64,000 bases of DNA from an uncultured Bacteroidota bacterium (GTDB lineage: Bacteria > Bacteroidota > Bacteroidia > Chitinophagales > Chitinophagaceae), in contig CAVUHS010000002.1 of the NCBI GenBank assembly GCA_963741345.1, positions 260,003 through 324,002 on the forward strand, in the 5' to 3' direction. This document shows, piece after piece, positions 61,839 through 64,000 of this stretch. The notes below the pieces were generated by a model that saw nothing but the letters and a program-made list of their open reading frames with translations, had not been told where the DNA came from and ran no database searches. The translations under genes and the position numbers were made by a program. Every line of letters begins with the position of its first letter. Within the stretch, counting starts at the first letter, position 1.

Positions 61839-62867
61839 TTAGTGTGCAGCGTCCTGCACAAAATTTGATTTTACCTGGTCAGGGTGATTAATCATATCAT
61901 AAAATTCATCCAGGTAATCAGTGATTTCCTTCCTGCTTTTTGATGTTAGTAATTCGAAATGATTGATCATATCGTATATCTGGGTTTTCCTTTGCCTGAA
62001 AACGGTCAGGGCTTCTTCTAATTCAGGCAAAGTTCTGGTTAGCCCGATATACTTGCGTTGTTTCACATTTTCCAAATCCGGATCATTCGAAACCGCATAG
62101 TTCGCGTTCACGAAACCGGAATAATCAAAGTCATACGGGATAATACCTAAGCCTCCAACAGAATCCTTTGTAGAAATGATTAATTTTACATTATGATTTG
62201 GTGATAGTCCCCAGTCCAGGTTGCCAATCATATATTCAAATATGGACACCGTCGTGACCTGCTGACGATCAATAGCAGACGATTTGATATTTCCCTTTCC
62301 CCATTCCTTATATCCGTTTCTTTTCGCCAGATCTTTCAGGTCTTCTAAGAGAAAAGTATAAATGTAGACTGGCTTTTTCTTTCCTGCACTATCCTGGAAG
62401 TTCAGGTGCATCAGTCTAACCCGGAAACTCTTTTCGGTTATTAAGTTATATATCCTGTAAATAAGATATTCCTTCAATAAATATTGTTCAAAATCAGGAG
62501 ATGTTTTACATGCACTCACCAGGTCAAGGGATTTCAATGAATGCAGTGCCGAACTATCCTTATAGTTGAATTTAATTTTGATAGGGGGAACATAACAATA
62601 TTCCAGTCTAAAATTTCCCCTCACTCTAAGTAAAACGGTATCTGTAATAATTTTACCATCCGGGAAACTGGTTTTAAAAACACCCGGGATTTCAAATTCC
62701 TTTTTTCTGTGACTTGTCAATATTCTATCCAGGTTAGTTGTGAGCGTCGCCTGGATGGTAGAAGTATCACTAAAAAAAGCAACCCGGTCTATTGAAGATG
62801 ACTGGCTATATACCGGAGAAGACCAGTATATACAGATTAGCCAAAACGGGTGTAGTAATTTTTTCAT
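61839..62867 (-). CDS. Secreted hypothetical protein, CotH-kinase-like motifs
   Basis: Signal peptide; RGNFR, EYLIYRIYN, IGNLDW, HN, PYDFD. Confidence 0.55.
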   Translation of the reverse strand: MKKLLHPFWLICIYWSSPVYSQSSSIDRVAFFSDTSTIQATLTTNLDRILTSHRKKEFEIPGVFKTSFPDGKIITDTVLLRVRGNFRLEYCYVPPIKIKFNYKDSSALHSLKSLDLVSACKTSPDFEQYLLKEYLIYRIYNLITEKSFRVRLMHLNFQDSAGKKKPVYIYTFLLEDLKDLAKRNGYKEWGKGNIKSSAIDRQQVTTVSIFEYMIGNLDWGLSPNHNVKLIISTKDSVGGLGIIPYDFDYSGFVNANYAVSNDPDLENVKQRKYIGLTRTLPELEEALTVFRQRKTQIYDMINHFELLTSKSRKEITDYLDEFYDMINHPDQVKSNFVQDAAH

Positions 62868-62941
62868 CACCGGCAAGATCCCGTAAAGGTATTAAAGCTC
62901 CCGGCGGATTACAATAAACATTGGCTATTATCCAGTCTTTT

Positions 62942-64000
62942 TTATTCAGTCCTCAGCGCCTTTACCGGATTTGCCCTGGCAGATTTCCATATTTCATAGC
63001 TCACTGTCACAAAAGTGATCGTCAGTAAACCCATCAGGCTCAGGATAAAAATCATTGGACTAATGGAAACACGGTAAGCAAAGCCTTCCAGCCATTTATA
63101 GGCAACAAACCAGGAAATGGGTACGGCGACCAGGCTTGCTATAAAAAAGATTTTAAGAAATACGGATGCAAACAAGGTAATCACCTGCTTTTCTCCGGCG
63201 CCCAATACCTTCCTGATTCCGATTTCTTTAGTTCGCTGTTCTGCGGTATAGGTGGCGAGGCTGAATACACCCAATATAGTTATCAGTATGGCCAAAACAG
63301 CAAATACTTTCGCCAGAGAGGAGACGGTCCGTTCAGATAAATACATGCGATTAAATTCATCATTAACGAACCAATGATCAAATCCGGCCCCGGGAAAAGC
63401 GGCTTTCCATTTTTTCTCAATGTCAGCAATTTTTTCCTGGAATTTTCCGACTGGTAATTTTATATAAGTGATTTTATCGATGAAATGGAGGTGCGGATTC
63501 AATATCAATGGCTCTATGGGCTGGTGCATGGATCTGAATGGGAAATTTTTCACCACACCGATTATCCGGTAAAGCCGGTTACTGTCCCTGACATCTTTAA
63601 GGGTTGCACCCATCACTTTATCAATGGGTTTATTTAAAGCCTGTACGGCAGCTTCGTTCAGGATAACATTGCTGCTGTCATTAATATTTCCCATTTGAAA
63701 ATCACGCCCGGCAATAAACTCGAGATGAAAGGTTTTGGGAAAATCAAATTCAACATTTAGCTGGTTCCATTGTAAATCTTTATCCCCTAACTCAGGAAAT
63801 TTTACGCGGGCGCCAATCCATCCAAAATAATCCAGTCTGGGCAGATGATTGGCCATAGTCACGCTTTCAATTTGCGGGTCCTCGAGCACGGAACGTTTGA
63901 ATACAGTAAACCGGTCCTGGTTGGCTATACCACCAAAGCGAATCGCAAGCAACTGGCTCCCCTGCTCATTCAGTTTCGTGTTTTTCAATTGATCCATTTG
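62942..64000 (-). CDS. ABC transporter permease, FtsX/MacB family (5'-truncated by window)
   Basis: EQRTKEIGIRKVLGA; C-terminus NPVKALRTE. Confidence 0.92.
   Translation of the reverse strand, partial: QMDQLKNTKLNEQGSQLLAIRFGGIANQDRFTVFKRSVLEDPQIESVTMANHLPRLDYFGWIGARVKFPELGDKDLQWNQLNVEFDFPKTFHLEFIAGRDFQMGNINDSSNVILNEAAVQALNKPIDKVMGATLKDVRDSNRLYRIIGVVKNFPFRSMHQPIEPLILNPHLHFIDKITYIKLPVGKFQEKIADIEKKWKAAFPGAGFDHWFVNDEFNRMYLSERTVSSLAKVFAVLAILITILGVFSLATYTAEQRTKEIGIRKVLGAGEKQVITLFASVFLKIFFIASLVAVPISWFVAYKWLEGFAYRVSISPMIFILSLMGLLTITFVTVSYEIWKSARANPVKALRTE

Noticed and set aside
1-64000. Similar ABC permeases at both window ends as inverted termini of a mobile element
   Set aside because: Divergent paralogs of a family expanded in Bacteroidota; no DNA-level terminal repeat, integrase or transposase

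Overview
A 64-kb chromosomal segment from a Bacteroidota bacterium, probably Chitinophagaceae-like. This rests on TAnnTTTG promoters, a T9SS C-terminal domain, DUF5777 barrels and paralogous FtsX/MacB permeases. I see no rRNA, tRNA, CRISPR array, IS element or prophage. Main blocks: (1) 5.1-16.8 kb, an orphan biosynthetic cluster with two cobalamin-binding radical SAM enzymes, a radical SAM-twitch/SPASM enzyme, two methyltransferases, a nucleotidyltransferase, an amidohydrolase, two GT4 glycosyltransferases and an ABC exporter. (2) 19.5-26.9 kb, a redox operon (EB_dh-like heme lipoprotein, CX4CH cytochrome, DUF5777 barrel, cytochrome c, Tat mini-protein, NrfC-like FeS protein, NrfD, membrane protein) with no molybdoenzyme subunit. 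A paralogous YceI/CX4CH-cytochrome/DUF5777 module lies at 49.5-51.7 kb. These two loci and a third promoter share a tandem FNR-like box architecture. (3) Tryptophanase preceded by a candidate Trp-containing leader peptide. (4) A ~1,980-aa T9SS S8/S53-like protease-adhesin with GQGIVR hexapeptide repeats, next to a TPR-sensor adenylate/guanylate cyclase. (5) Sugar-acid catabolism genes. (6) A ~350-bp non-coding element built from inverted 11-bp repeats. Six net +1 frameshifts in five genes most likely reflect assembly indel errors. All family assignments come from motif recognition, not database searches.
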